Source: Opitutales bacterium (GTDB lineage: Bacteria; Verrucomicrobiota; Verrucomicrobiia; Opitutales; UBA2987). From it: a DNA stretch of 64,000 nt. Location: positions 288,001 to 352,000 of the forward strand of contig CBDDEL010000011.1 of NCBI GenBank assembly GCA_965226885.1. The letters are read 5' to 3'. The position numbers and the translations under genes are program-made. The stretch's first letter is position 1, and every line of letters begins with the position of its first letter. Shown one piece after another: positions 18,936 to 28,607 of the stretch. Below the pieces are notes generated by a model. That model did no database searches. It was not told the DNA's origin and saw only the letters and a list, made by a program, of their open reading frames with translations.

Positions 18936-19918
18936 GAAACATCCTCATCGAAATTTTTACCGTTCAACTTGAATAATGCCCTGGTGATGAGGGCGCGGGC
19001 CATTGGCATTTTATAGCCGTTATGCTCCTGCGGAACCGCCTCGTTCAATATCATTTCGGCAGCCATTTTGGCAGCTCTTCGATCCAGTTCCCGGCCTTCC
19101 AGAAATTCGTTCGCTTCCTCCACCTCGTGAACCAAGGGAGAAATCGCACCCAGGGCCACCCGCACATTACGCAAGACGTTTCCTGCCACGTCTCCGGCGG
19201 CAGCGCAACTGACCAAGGCCCAGTCGAAATCGCTTTTTTCGGAAACTTGCAGGTAAATGCAAGGTCTTGTTTTGACCGGAATTTCGATATGGAGAATGAG
19301 GTCCGCCGGCTGCAAAGAATTGTGGGCGTAGGGGTTGAACCAGGCGTTCATGTAAAACTCGCCCATGCTGACATTGAAATTGTTCTTGCTGCGCTGGACA
19401 TTGGCGGTCGCGTTGAGGGTGGCCAGGATAACCGCCATATTGGACACCACCGGGCTGATACAGGGATTTCCGGAAAAAAGGCTGTGGTATTTGTTTTCGG
19501 CTTCCTGGGCGTAACAGCGGGCTCCGCCGTTTTTGAGGCATTGCACATCGCGGTGGCGGTAATACCAGCAGCGGGAATGCTGGGCCAGGTTGCCCGCCAA
19601 GGTTCCCATGTTGCGGATTTGGGGCGATCCGACCCTGGCGGCCGCTTCGGCCACACCGGGAAGGTTTTTTTGAAGGCCCGCGTGTCCCGCGATTTCCGCA
19701 ATGGTTACATTGGCGCCCAATTTCCAACCGTCTTCGGTTTCAACAATGTCCCGTGTGCCCGGAAGCCGTTTGATATTAACCAGCCTACCCGGTTTCAACA
19801 CGTAGTCCTTGATTTCACCGAGAAGGTCGGTGCCTCCGGCCAGGAATTTATCTTTTTTGCCGCAGAGTTGCAAAGCCCTTTCGGTATTTGGGGCCGTCAC
19901 ATATTGAAAAGCATTCAT
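18932..19918 (-). CDS. Xanthine dehydrogenase-family FAD subunit (PaoB/YagS-like, with a 4Fe-4S insert)
   Basis: AGGTDL, SPQIRNMGTLAGNL, RCWYYR...CLKNGG..C and NGYK motifs. Confidence 0.92.
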   Translation of the reverse strand: MNAFQYVTAPNTERALQLCGKKDKFLAGGTDLLGEIKDYVLKPGRLVNIKRLPGTRDIVETEDGWKLGANVTIAEIAGHAGLQKNLPGVAEAAARVGSPQIRNMGTLAGNLAQHSRCWYYRHRDVQCLKNGGARCYAQEAENKYHSLFSGNPCISPVVSNMAVILATLNATANVQRSKNNFNVSMGEFYMNAWFNPYAHNSLQPADLILHIEIPVKTRPCIYLQVSEKSDFDWALVSCAAAGDVAGNVLRNVRVALGAISPLVHEVEEANEFLEGRELDRRAAKMAAEMILNEAVPQEHNGYKMPMARALITRALFKLNGKNFDEDVS

Positions 19919-22101
19919 TAGTGACCCCTCTCCTTGGCTTCGGCGGGTTTAAATTCATCCCAATGGAGTTTTTTATGAAAATCCCTCCAATTTCCTGCCA
20001 ACGATGCGGCGGGTTTGTTGGGTACTTTGCCCAAGGCGGCCAGTACTTTGTCCGGGGTGATAGGGATGCTTGGCACCCGCGCACCGAGAGCGTTGGCGAC
20101 GGCGTTTCCGATGGCGGCGGCGGTGGGGATGGTGGCCGGTTCACCTATTCCGATGACTCCGCGCTCGGGCATATCCAGCAGGATAATTTCGATTTCGGGC
20201 ATGTCCTGGGCTCCGGGCAGTTTGTAGGTTTCAAAATTTGGGTTGAGGACTACGCCGGAAAGCGGGTCCATCACGCGTTCCTCGAATAAGGCGTATCCGA
20301 TACCCATAATGACCCCGCCGTAAGCCTGGCTTTCGCAGGTCAATTTATTGACCACCAGACCGCAGTCCTGCACGCAGACGATCTTTTTAATTTTGACGAA
20401 GCCGGTTGCGGTGTCCACGGCGACTTCCGCCATCTGCACGCCGCCCACTCCGCGAGAGGATAGGCCTTCATGCCAGCGCCCCTGGGCAATGAGCGGCTGG
20501 ATGCCGATTTTTTGGCATGCCGTCGGCCAATGGTTCCCGGTGGGGTCTTCCATGTCGCTGACCTCTCGCAATTCTTTCAAGGCATTGTGGCAAACGTTGT
20601 GAATGGCGGGCGACACCGAGGCGGCCGTGGTGCTTCCGCCGCTGCCGCCGGAAGGCGGGAAAAGAGTGTCTCCCAAACGGACCGTGATCTGGCTGGGTTT
20701 AAGGCCGAAAATCTCCGCCGCGATAACCGCCATGAGGGTGCGGGTGCCGGTTCCCAAATCCTGGGTGCCGCAGCGCAATTCGACCGAACCGTCGGCATTG
20801 ATCTGGCATTCGGCCTGGGTTCCGCGGCCTCCCCCGCCCCAGGTGCCCCCGGCCAGGCCGATTCCGGTTTTGATGGTTCCGGCAGAGCTGCCGGGAGGCC
20901 GATACTTCTCTTTCCAGCCGAAACGCTGGGCCGCTAATTTCCATTCCTTTCGGCGAATTTCCGCCGGCAGCGAGTCGGAGGTATCGTTTTTGAGACGAAA
21001 ATCAAGCGGGTCCATTTTCAGCTTGAGGGCCATTTCGTCCATGATGGACTCCATGCCGAAGGAGGCCTGGGGATGGCCCGGCGCGCGAAAGGCCCTGGCT
21101 GAACCGGAGTTGATAGCGATACCGGCCTGGCGAACCCTGGTATTGGGTATGTTGTAAATATAGGGAGCGGGAAAACCCGACCGGCCGCCCCCTCCCGCTG
21201 TGCTGGGGCCACTGGCGAATCCTGCCGAGCCGAAGGCGTTCATTTCAAATGCGATGACTTTGCCCTCTGCGTCCGCGCCCATGCGGATTTGCTGAAATGA
21301 AGATGGGCGATAGCCAACCGCTCTTGCCTCATCATAGCGGGGGAGCATGAGCTTGACCGGAAGGCCGGTTTGGCGGGTCAGGCGGGAGACCAGGACGCCT
21401 TCCACTCCGGGTCCGAACTTGGAGCCGAAACCGCCCCCCATGTATTCGCTGACGACGCGCACCTGGTTTTGCGGAATTTCGAGGTTGTTAGCCAATCCGT
21501 CGCGAACACTGAAAACCCCCTGGGTGGAAGCCCAAACCGTAAGGTTGTCTCCCTGCTGGTGGGCGGTGTTGCCGTGAGTTTCCAGGCAGTGGTGCATTTG
21601 AATTTGAGTGGTATAAAGCCCTTCGACGATTGTCGCGGATTGGGCAAATGCTTGATCGACTTCTCCGTTTTCCCGCACCCGCGGTTCGCCGATATTGGGA
21701 AAATCCGGAAAAACCCTGGCCGAATCGGGATTTATAGCCGTTTCCTCATTGACGACATGGGGCAGTTCGGTGGCTTCCACTTTGATGAGCGCCAGGGCGT
21801 CGAGACAGGCCTGTTTGCTTGTTGCGGCCACGGCAGCCAGCTCCTGTCCGTAATAATGAGCGACAAATGCATCATCCCGCACCTTGATGACCGCCTGGAT
21901 GCCGGGAGAATTGAGGGCAGCCGACAAGTCGATAGAGTGAATTTTGGCGTTGGCCCATTTGGAACGCAAAATCATTCCGTAAAGCCAGCCTTCATTATGA
22001 ATATCGGAGGAATAGCGGGCGGCGCCGGTCACCTTGTGCGGGCCGTCCACGCGTTGAGTGAATTTGCCCAGGTATTTGGGGTTTTTTGGCCAGCTAGGCA
22101 T
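19918..22101 (-). CDS. Xanthine dehydrogenase-family molybdopterin-binding subunit
   Basis: KVTGAARY, MGGGFGSK, FRAPG, QDLGTG, SGGS, GGVIMGIG and GIGEP motifs. Confidence 0.95.
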   Translation of the reverse strand: MPSWPKNPKYLGKFTQRVDGPHKVTGAARYSSDIHNEGWLYGMILRSKWANAKIHSIDLSAALNSPGIQAVIKVRDDAFVAHYYGQELAAVAATSKQACLDALALIKVEATELPHVVNEETAINPDSARVFPDFPNIGEPRVRENGEVDQAFAQSATIVEGLYTTQIQMHHCLETHGNTAHQQGDNLTVWASTQGVFSVRDGLANNLEIPQNQVRVVSEYMGGGFGSKFGPGVEGVLVSRLTRQTGLPVKLMLPRYDEARAVGYRPSSFQQIRMGADAEGKVIAFEMNAFGSAGFASGPSTAGGGGRSGFPAPYIYNIPNTRVRQAGIAINSGSARAFRAPGHPQASFGMESIMDEMALKLKMDPLDFRLKNDTSDSLPAEIRRKEWKLAAQRFGWKEKYRPPGSSAGTIKTGIGLAGGTWGGGGRGTQAECQINADGSVELRCGTQDLGTGTRTLMAVIAAEIFGLKPSQITVRLGDTLFPPSGGSGGSTTAASVSPAIHNVCHNALKELREVSDMEDPTGNHWPTACQKIGIQPLIAQGRWHEGLSSRGVGGVQMAEVAVDTATGFVKIKKIVCVQDCGLVVNKLTCESQAYGGVIMGIGYALFEERVMDPLSGVVLNPNFETYKLPGAQDMPEIEIILLDMPERGVIGIGEPATIPTAAAIGNAVANALGARVPSIPITPDKVLAALGKVPNKPAASLAGNWRDFHKKLHWDEFKPAEAKERGH

Positions 22102-22771
22102 TAAAGATTTCCTTTGCTGATAAAATTTGCACCCGATTTTTGGTTTTCACCCCGGCAGCTTTGAGGGCGGCCTCAAATATGCGAGGATAGGTTCCGCAGC
22201 GGCAGAGATTGCCCGAGCAGGCTTCCCTGACCTCGGCTTCGGTGGGGCGGGGGTTATTGTCCAGCAGGGCCGTTAGATTGACGACGAATCCCGGTGTGCA
22301 ATAACCGCACATGAGGGAATCGCACTCCACAAACGCTTGCTGCACTTTGTTCAGTTTGCCGTTGGGGGAGAGGCCCTCGACGGTGGTGATTTCTTCTTCC
22401 TGCGAGTCGATGGCCAGCTTCATGCAGGAATATTGGGGAACCCCGTCCACCATTACGGTGCAGGCCCCGCAGGTGCCGCGATCGCAGACTTCTTTTTGCC
22501 CCGTCAGGTTCAAATGCTCCCGGATGGCCTCCAGGAGGGTGACCCTGGGCTCGAGGACGAGGTTTTTTTTCTGGCCGTTGATATTGAGGGTAATAGGCGT
22601 CCCTTGCGGCCCGGCGATTTTTTCGTCGTTAATATCCTTTATCTGGGCCGCCAGATGCTCTGCTTGAGTTGCCGCCGCGGCCACCGCGGAGGTGCCCACG
22701 CCCTTCAGGAAGTCTCGCCGTGAAAGGGAGTTGGGGCCGCTTCTGGTGGCATTTTTATTTTTACCCGACAT
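22094..22771 (-). CDS. Tat-signal 2x[2Fe-2S] subunit (PaoA/YagT-like)
   Basis: SRRDFLK; CDRGTCGACTV, CGYCTPG and NLCRCGTY motifs. Confidence 0.95.
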   Translation of the reverse strand: MSGKNKNATRSGPNSLSRRDFLKGVGTSAVAAAATQAEHLAAQIKDINDEKIAGPQGTPITLNINGQKKNLVLEPRVTLLEAIREHLNLTGQKEVCDRGTCGACTVMVDGVPQYSCMKLAIDSQEEEITTVEGLSPNGKLNKVQQAFVECDSLMCGYCTPGFVVNLTALLDNNPRPTEAEVREACSGNLCRCGTYPRIFEAALKAAGVKTKNRVQILSAKEIFNA

Positions 22772-22825
22772 GCCAGCAGTGGTGGGTGGGGTGCATAACA
22801 AGTATTTGAACTTGATTGAGTTGTT

Positions 22826-23542
22826 TCAGCCTTCGTTTTTGTTGACTGCGTAGGGGGGCGATTCCTTGCCGAAACTTCCTATAAATACGCTTTTGGCGAG
22901 GTGGTTGTTCCAGGCGAGTTTGAGCCCTTTTTCCCGCACGGTGGATTTGCGGTTGAGAAGGACATTGAACGAATTCATGGGGGAGCGAGGGCTGTGCCAT
23001 AGCATTCCGGCGCAATGTTCGGGACCGGACGCAACCAGAGATTGCGTCTCCAGGGCAATGGATTGGCCGATTTTGAGGGAAACGGTTTCACCGGATCCTG
23101 AAATTTCGATGGGGGCCATTTTTTCCTGGACCGTTCCGGCGGAGATTTTTGGGTGCATGGTTTTGAGCCAATCGACCAGTGCCAATCGCTGCTCCTGGCT
23201 GGCTTCCGGTGGTAGATAAATGACACTTCCGGTGGGAAGGGTGGTGGGGAAGGACAGGTTGGCCTTGGCGACTTGCAGGAGGGCCACTTTTAAGCCGGTA
23301 AAATCTTGCCCGGCATGAACGCCTTTTTCAAAGTTCCAGACCCGCAGGAGGGAACGGCCGCCGAGGGTGGATTCGGAAGATGCGATGCAGCCCCCGGCAA
23401 TCAGTTCGCAGTCGTGCAATTCCAATACTTTGCCGCCGGGTATATCTTCCGAGGCGGTGGCTGCTAATGAAAGGGCGCAGGTAGAGGCAATGAGGGTGGC
23501 AATAGCGATATAAAGGCTTTTAGTTTTCATTTTGAATGGCAT
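22826..23542 (-). CDS. Secreted hypothetical protein, DUF1326-like
   Basis: Signal peptide; HDCELIAGGCIASSE...W...G and EQRLALV motifs resemble DUF1326 by recollection only. Confidence 0.55.
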   Translation of the reverse strand: MPFKMKTKSLYIAIATLIASTCALSLAATASEDIPGGKVLELHDCELIAGGCIASSESTLGGRSLLRVWNFEKGVHAGQDFTGLKVALLQVAKANLSFPTTLPTGSVIYLPPEASQEQRLALVDWLKTMHPKISAGTVQEKMAPIEISGSGETVSLKIGQSIALETQSLVASGPEHCAGMLWHSPRSPMNSFNVLLNRKSTVREKGLKLAWNNHLAKSVFIGSFGKESPPYAVNKNEG

Positions 23543-23693
23543 GGGGCTCCCTGGTTGAGGGCTCCCTGGTTGATCGTATGCACATAAACGATGTCAATGG
23601 CTTCATTTGCTTGGTTGACGACGTTTTAACCGGGCAAAATGATGAAGGCAAGCAAATCCGGTTTTTGGACAAAATCCGGTGGCTTGCACGAGT

Positions 23694-24584
23694 TTAGAAG
23701 CCTGTCGCGTCCAGGTACAACTTCTGTATTTTTTCCGTCACCTCGTTCAATTCCTCGAGGCCTTCGGTGGCGACATTGCCGATGACCACCCGCAATGGCC
23801 GCTGCCCGACCGGCATTTCGATGAGGTCGCTGATACCATCGGCAACTTCTTTTACGTCGGGAACATCGGGGCCGCTGAATTTTTCCGCAAAATAAGCGTA
23901 TAGGTTGGATGCGGGGTTGGTCCCGACGCCGTAACCGTCCTGGCGGTCTGAATCGGCGGCCGCTATGCAGCTACCCCCAAGTTCGGTTGGGAAACCGCCC
24001 GGTTCGATGGATACACAGTCTATGTTGAAGGGGGCCAGTTCGTGGGAGTAGGATTCGACGAGGGCCTCGAGGGCATATTTGGTTCCGCTGTATATGTTCA
24101 ATCCGGGAATAAAAAGACGGCCGGTGGTGCTGGTTATGTGAATGAGCAGGCCGGATTTTCTTTCGCGCATGTGGGGTAGAACGGCGCGGTTTACGCGCAG
24201 CGGCCCCAGCGTGTTGACATCGAAAATGTGACTGACCTGTTCTATGGTAAAACCTTCCAGGTAGCCGGAGGAGCCGATTCCGGCATTATTGACGACCACG
24301 TCGATATGCCCGGCGCTGGCCAGGATGCTTTCCACGGCCGCATTGACCGAAGATTCGTCCAGCACATCCAGTTCCACCACCTCCAGTTTGACGCCTTCGC
24401 TCTGGCTCCATTCCCCAAGCTCCCGGGCGACGTCTGCGTTTTTGCCCCCGACATCCCGCATGGTGGCAAAAACCCGATGGCCTTTTCGGGCCAGGGTCTC
24501 GACAATCGACCGGCCGAAACCGCTGGTGCTGCCGGTTACCAGAACGTTCATACTTTTCGCATTAGCATTAGTATTTGTATCCAT
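23694..24584 (-). CDS. SDR-family oxidoreductase
   Basis: TGSTSGFG, VNNAG, YSGTK (YxxxK) and IEPGGFPT motifs. Confidence 0.93.
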   Translation of the reverse strand: MDTNTNANAKSMNVLVTGSTSGFGRSIVETLARKGHRVFATMRDVGGKNADVARELGEWSQSEGVKLEVVELDVLDESSVNAAVESILASAGHIDVVVNNAGIGSSGYLEGFTIEQVSHIFDVNTLGPLRVNRAVLPHMRERKSGLLIHITSTTGRLFIPGLNIYSGTKYALEALVESYSHELAPFNIDCVSIEPGGFPTELGGSCIAAADSDRQDGYGVGTNPASNLYAYFAEKFSGPDVPDVKEVADGISDLIEMPVGQRPLRVVIGNVATEGLEELNEVTEKIQKLYLDATGF

Positions 24585-24630
24585 ATTTGTGCTTTCTCAG
24601 TAATATAATTTCGGTTAAAATTCACCCTAA

Positions 24631-26199
24631 CCCGGATATTTCGTAAAAAAAGTATCGTTGATATGCTTAACTGCTGATATACAGCAGGATAGATCAATAA
24701 TTAAAGCAATATCAGCGATGACAAAAGGTAAACAATTAAAGCTACAGTTGACAAGGGTAAAAGGCCGCCGTGTGCGGGTTGATTTCAAGGGCGGAGAGGT
24801 TACTTCGGATGCCGGACTGCTTTTGATCCGGGAAGTGGATCGGCAGTTGGGCTTGACCGAACGAGCGGCCCGACAGTTAGTGGACAAACGGCAGAAGGGC
24901 AAAGTACGCCATGAGGTATTGGGGATGCTGCGGCAGCGCGTTTACGGGCTGGTGGCGGGCTATGAGGATTTGAACGACTTTGATACCCTGCGCCACGATC
25001 CATTGTTGCAAACGGTAACGGGGCGCATTGAAACGTTGGCCAGCGCGCCGACTTTGTGTCGTTTTGAAAACGGGCAGGATCGGCGGGCGGCCTTTGCGGT
25101 AAACGAGCTGTTGGTCGAACAGTTCATGGGCTCCTTTGCCGAGGAACCCGAAGAGATCATCCTGGACTTTGACGCCACCGACAATCCGGTGCACGGGCTC
25201 CAGGAGGGACGTTTTTTCCACGGTTATTATGATCATTACTGTTTTCTGCCGCTATATGTTTTTTGCGGTGATCAGCTGCTGGTGGCCTACCTGCGGCCGA
25301 GCAAGATCGATGCCAGCAAGCATGCCGGGGCCATCCTCAAATTGCTGGTTAAACGGATTCGCCAAAGCTGGCCCCGTACGCGGATTATTTGGCGCGCCGA
25401 CAGTGGATTTTGTCGAGACCGGATACTCTCTTGGTGCGACCGCAACGAAGTTAGTTACATCGTGGGGATGGCTCGCAATGCACGCTTGCAGCAAGACGCC
25501 CAGCAGTTGCAAAAGCAGGCCAAAGAATGGTTCGAACTAAGGGGTAAAAAACAACGGTTATTCCAGGACTTCGTCTATGCTGCCGATTCGTGGCGATGGC
25601 TGCGGTTGGTCATCCATAAAGCCGAACACACCGCACAGGGGTCCAACCCGCGCTTCGTGGTGACGAACCTGCCGGGCGATCCCCAGGAGCTTTACGACAA
25701 GGTATACTGTGGCCGCGGTGAAATGGAGAACCGAATCAAGGAACAGATGCAATTGTTCAGCGAGCGCACCAGCGCCCATCAATGGTGGGCCAATCAGTGC
25801 CGATTGCTCTTGTCGGCGCTGGCCTACACCTTGATGGAAGCCATGCGCCGGTTAGCCTTAAAAGGGACGAAGTGGGCGCGGGCCCAATGCCACACCCTGC
25901 GGCTCAAATTAATCAAGATCGGAGCGGTCATCGTGCGCAACACCCGAACGATTCACTTTCACCTAAGTGAGAGTTATCCTTGGGCCAGTCTTTTCAACCA
26001 TGCGGCCCGCCGATTGGTGCCAACCTAAAGGGTGCATTGGTGCTGCCCCCGGCACTACCGAACCAATGGGGGAAAGGGGGCAGTGTCTCTACACCCTGAA
26101 AAACACCTAAAAATCAAGACGATCTGCTCAAAATACAAAGAAATCCATCTCCAATAGCAATAACACGAGCCAAACTTTACCCTTCATGAAATATCCGGG
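24631..26199 (+). mobile_element. IS1380-family element, copy 1 (1569 bp)
   Basis: IRs CCCGGATATTTC(G/A)T; 4-bp duplication CTAA (24627-24630, 26200-26203). Confidence 0.95.
24718..26028 (+). CDS. IS1380-family transposase, open frame (W>C in ANQW relative to other copies)
   Basis: TSDAGLLL, GYEDLND, LDFDATD, RADSGF, YCGRGEMENRIKE and TLRLKLIKIGA motifs. Confidence 0.93.
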   Translation: MTKGKQLKLQLTRVKGRRVRVDFKGGEVTSDAGLLLIREVDRQLGLTERAARQLVDKRQKGKVRHEVLGMLRQRVYGLVAGYEDLNDFDTLRHDPLLQTVTGRIETLASAPTLCRFENGQDRRAAFAVNELLVEQFMGSFAEEPEEIILDFDATDNPVHGLQEGRFFHGYYDHYCFLPLYVFCGDQLLVAYLRPSKIDASKHAGAILKLLVKRIRQSWPRTRIIWRADSGFCRDRILSWCDRNEVSYIVGMARNARLQQDAQQLQKQAKEWFELRGKKQRLFQDFVYAADSWRWLRLVIHKAEHTAQGSNPRFVVTNLPGDPQELYDKVYCGRGEMENRIKEQMQLFSERTSAHQWWANQCRLLLSALAYTLMEAMRRLALKGTKWARAQCHTLRLKLIKIGAVIVRNTRTIHFHLSESYPWASLFNHAARRLVPT

Positions 26200-26252
26200 C
26201 TAATGTTTCATAATTAAACCACGGATGCAAGTTGCTGGATGCTGGATTTTGG

Positions 26253-26994
26253 GGTAGTGTATAAAAAAAGAATGTTATATTGTATTTTTAGCTGTACAAA
26301 TAGCGTTAGGCAGTTTATTTTTAGTGCATGGTTACTAAAATTATTAATTGTCGGCACTGTGGAAGTGAAAATATCATTAAATTTGGCAAGACGCCCAACC
26401 ATAAACAGCGCTACCGCTGCCATGATTGTGGTAAACAAAGCCGCGAAAACCCCACAGTGAAATACACCGAAGAGCAAAAAGAAATGATCCTTCGAGTCTA
26501 TCAGGAACGCAGCAGTCTACGCGGTTTACAGCGCGCCTTCGGGGTGAGTCCCAACACCGTTTTGAGTTGGTTAAAAAAAACGACAATCGCTGCGACCGCT
26601 CAAAAGCACGATTCTTGCGGCCCGCCGCCATGATGTCATTGAACTGGACGAACTGTGGTCTTTTGTGGGGCGCAAGAGCGATGCCCAATGGGTTTGGATC
26701 GCTCTTTGCCGACGCACCCGTCAAATCCTCTCCTATGCCATTGGGCCTCGGGATTGGTATCGTTGCCGGGAACTTTACGAGCGTCTGCCACGGGCCTACA
26801 AAAGATGTGCCACCTACAGCGACTTTTGGAGCACTTATGATGAAGTCTTTCCTCATAACCGATCCGTGGGAAAATAACCGATCCGTGGGAAAAGAAACCG
26901 GTGAAACGGCCCATGTGGAACGATGGAACAATACCCTGCGCCAACGACTGGGTCGTTTCACACGCAAAACCCTCTCCTTTTCCAAGCTTAAGAG
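26253..26994 (+). mobile_element. IS1-family copy 2, frameshifted and 3'-truncated
   Basis: Left end GGTAGTGT; 19-bp tandem duplication at 26855-26892; identity to copy 1 stops at 26994, where the IS3 type B element begins. Confidence 0.92.
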
Positions 26995-27105
26995 TGATGT
27001 GACCGCCGAAAACACTACCATTGCCAGTGAGAGTCTTTCTGGAGAAATTACCGGAAAGACCTATGAAGCAAAAAAGATACACCCCTGAACAAATCATAAC
27101 GATAC

Positions 27106-28433
27106 TGACGTGTACTGGATTTGTTGGACACGGGATTCTCTTATATTCATTGTTTATTGATTAGTGTGTCAGGCGGCTTGTTTTGGTAAAGGGTTTTGTT
27201 TTCTCGTTGCCCCCCATGGGGGGCAAATATTTTCCTCGAATTGGACTGGGCTTTGGTAACTCAGAGAGGAATGTTTGCGATATCGGTTGTAGAAGATTTC
27301 CACGTATTCGAAGACAGTTGATCGCAGTTCGCGCTCGTCGGCAAAGTGGCGGCCTCGAATCGTGCTGGTCTTGAAGCGGCCGTAGAACGATTCCATGGCC
27401 GCGTTGTCGTAGCAGTTGCCTTGGGCGCTCATGCTCGGCTTCATGCCTAGTTCAGAGACCAGCCTCTGATAGTCGTCGCTGGCGTAGGGGCTGCCCCGAT
27501 CGCTGTGATGAATAATCCCGGTGCGCAGTGTGCCGCGGGTCATGGCCGCGGCTTTGAGGGCCTTGCCAACCAGCTTCGCGTCGTTGTGGTTGGAAACGCT
27601 CCAGCCCAGCAGGCGTCGGCTGAACAGGTCCATCACCGTGGCCAAGTACATCCAACCGGCCAGGGTCCGTAGGTAGGTCGTGTCCGCCACCCAGACCTCG
27701 TCGATATGGGTCGGCTGGCCATGCTTTTTAAGCACATTGGGGCTGTAACCATAGGGATGGTTACTGTTGGTTCTTAATGGCTTAAAGCGTTTACTCTGGG
27801 TGCTTTTGATTCCCATTTCACGCATCAGACGCAGAGCCCGGTCACGGCCGCAATCGATGCCCTCATCATCCTTCAGATGGCGGTGCATTGGCCGATGCCC
27901 ATAGCGGCCCTTGGCCTCTTTGTGTACCTTCAGGATCGCCCCCTTGATTCCCTCGTCCTCGATCCGCCGGGCCGAGGGCGCTCGGTGCCTCCAGCAGTAA
28001 TAGCCACTGCGACAAATCCCCATCGCCGAGCATATTTCCTCGATCTTGAAGCGCCCCTCGTTGTCTTTGACAAACTGGTACTTCATTGTTCGTCCTTGGC
28101 AAAGTAGCCCACCGTTTTTTTTAGTATCTGGTTGATCCGCTCCGAGCGGCGCAGCTCTTTGCGAAGACGATCTATCTCGGCCGCCATCTCCTTCGGACTG
28201 CTCTGTCGCTTTGAGGTGGCTTCGCCCTGCTGATCGTCCAGATAGAGCCTCTTCCACCTATACAATTGGTTGGTGTTGACCCCAAGTTTGGTCGATACCT
28301 CGGTGGCGCTCAGACCATCGAGTATCATCAGTTGAACTGCCTCATTTTTGAACTCTATACTAAAGCGTCTTCTTCCCATGCTTCGATTCTCCATTTAGGA
28401 GAATCTCGTGTCCACTTTTTCCAGTGCACATCA
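27106..28433 (-). mobile_element. IS3-family type A, copy 2 (1328 bp); orfA 28083-28394, orfB frame ends at 27169
   Basis: Near-identical to 4158-5485; flanks TAC and GTC differ, so there is no target duplication. Confidence 0.95.
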
Positions 28434-28607
28434 GTCCCACAATATCAGTCCTCAAAGCTACCATCGTTGGCGTAAAAAGTATGGCCGCATGGAGCTGCGT
28501 GACGCCAAGCGGCTGAAGGAGCTGGAGCGCGAGAACACACAGCTTAAGAAGATAGTAGCCGAGCAGATGCTGGAGAACCGTGTGCTCAAGGAGGTGAACG
28601 CAAAAAA

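Noticed and set aside
19022..22104. Long plus-strand ORFs opposite the molybdoenzyme genes, and similar antisense ORFs throughout
   Set aside because: Shadow ORFs expected from GC-rich codon usage; no recognisable motifs.
24671..24687. CTG...CAG palindrome as a LexA box
   Set aside because: Spacings are 5, 8 or 11, not the CTG-N10-CAG of the E. coli type; better explained as part of the IS leader hairpin.
24658..24717. TTG-started N-terminal extension of the IS1380 transposase (MICLTAD...)
   Set aside because: It lies in the IR-proximal hairpin region; ATG 24718 is the more plausible start.
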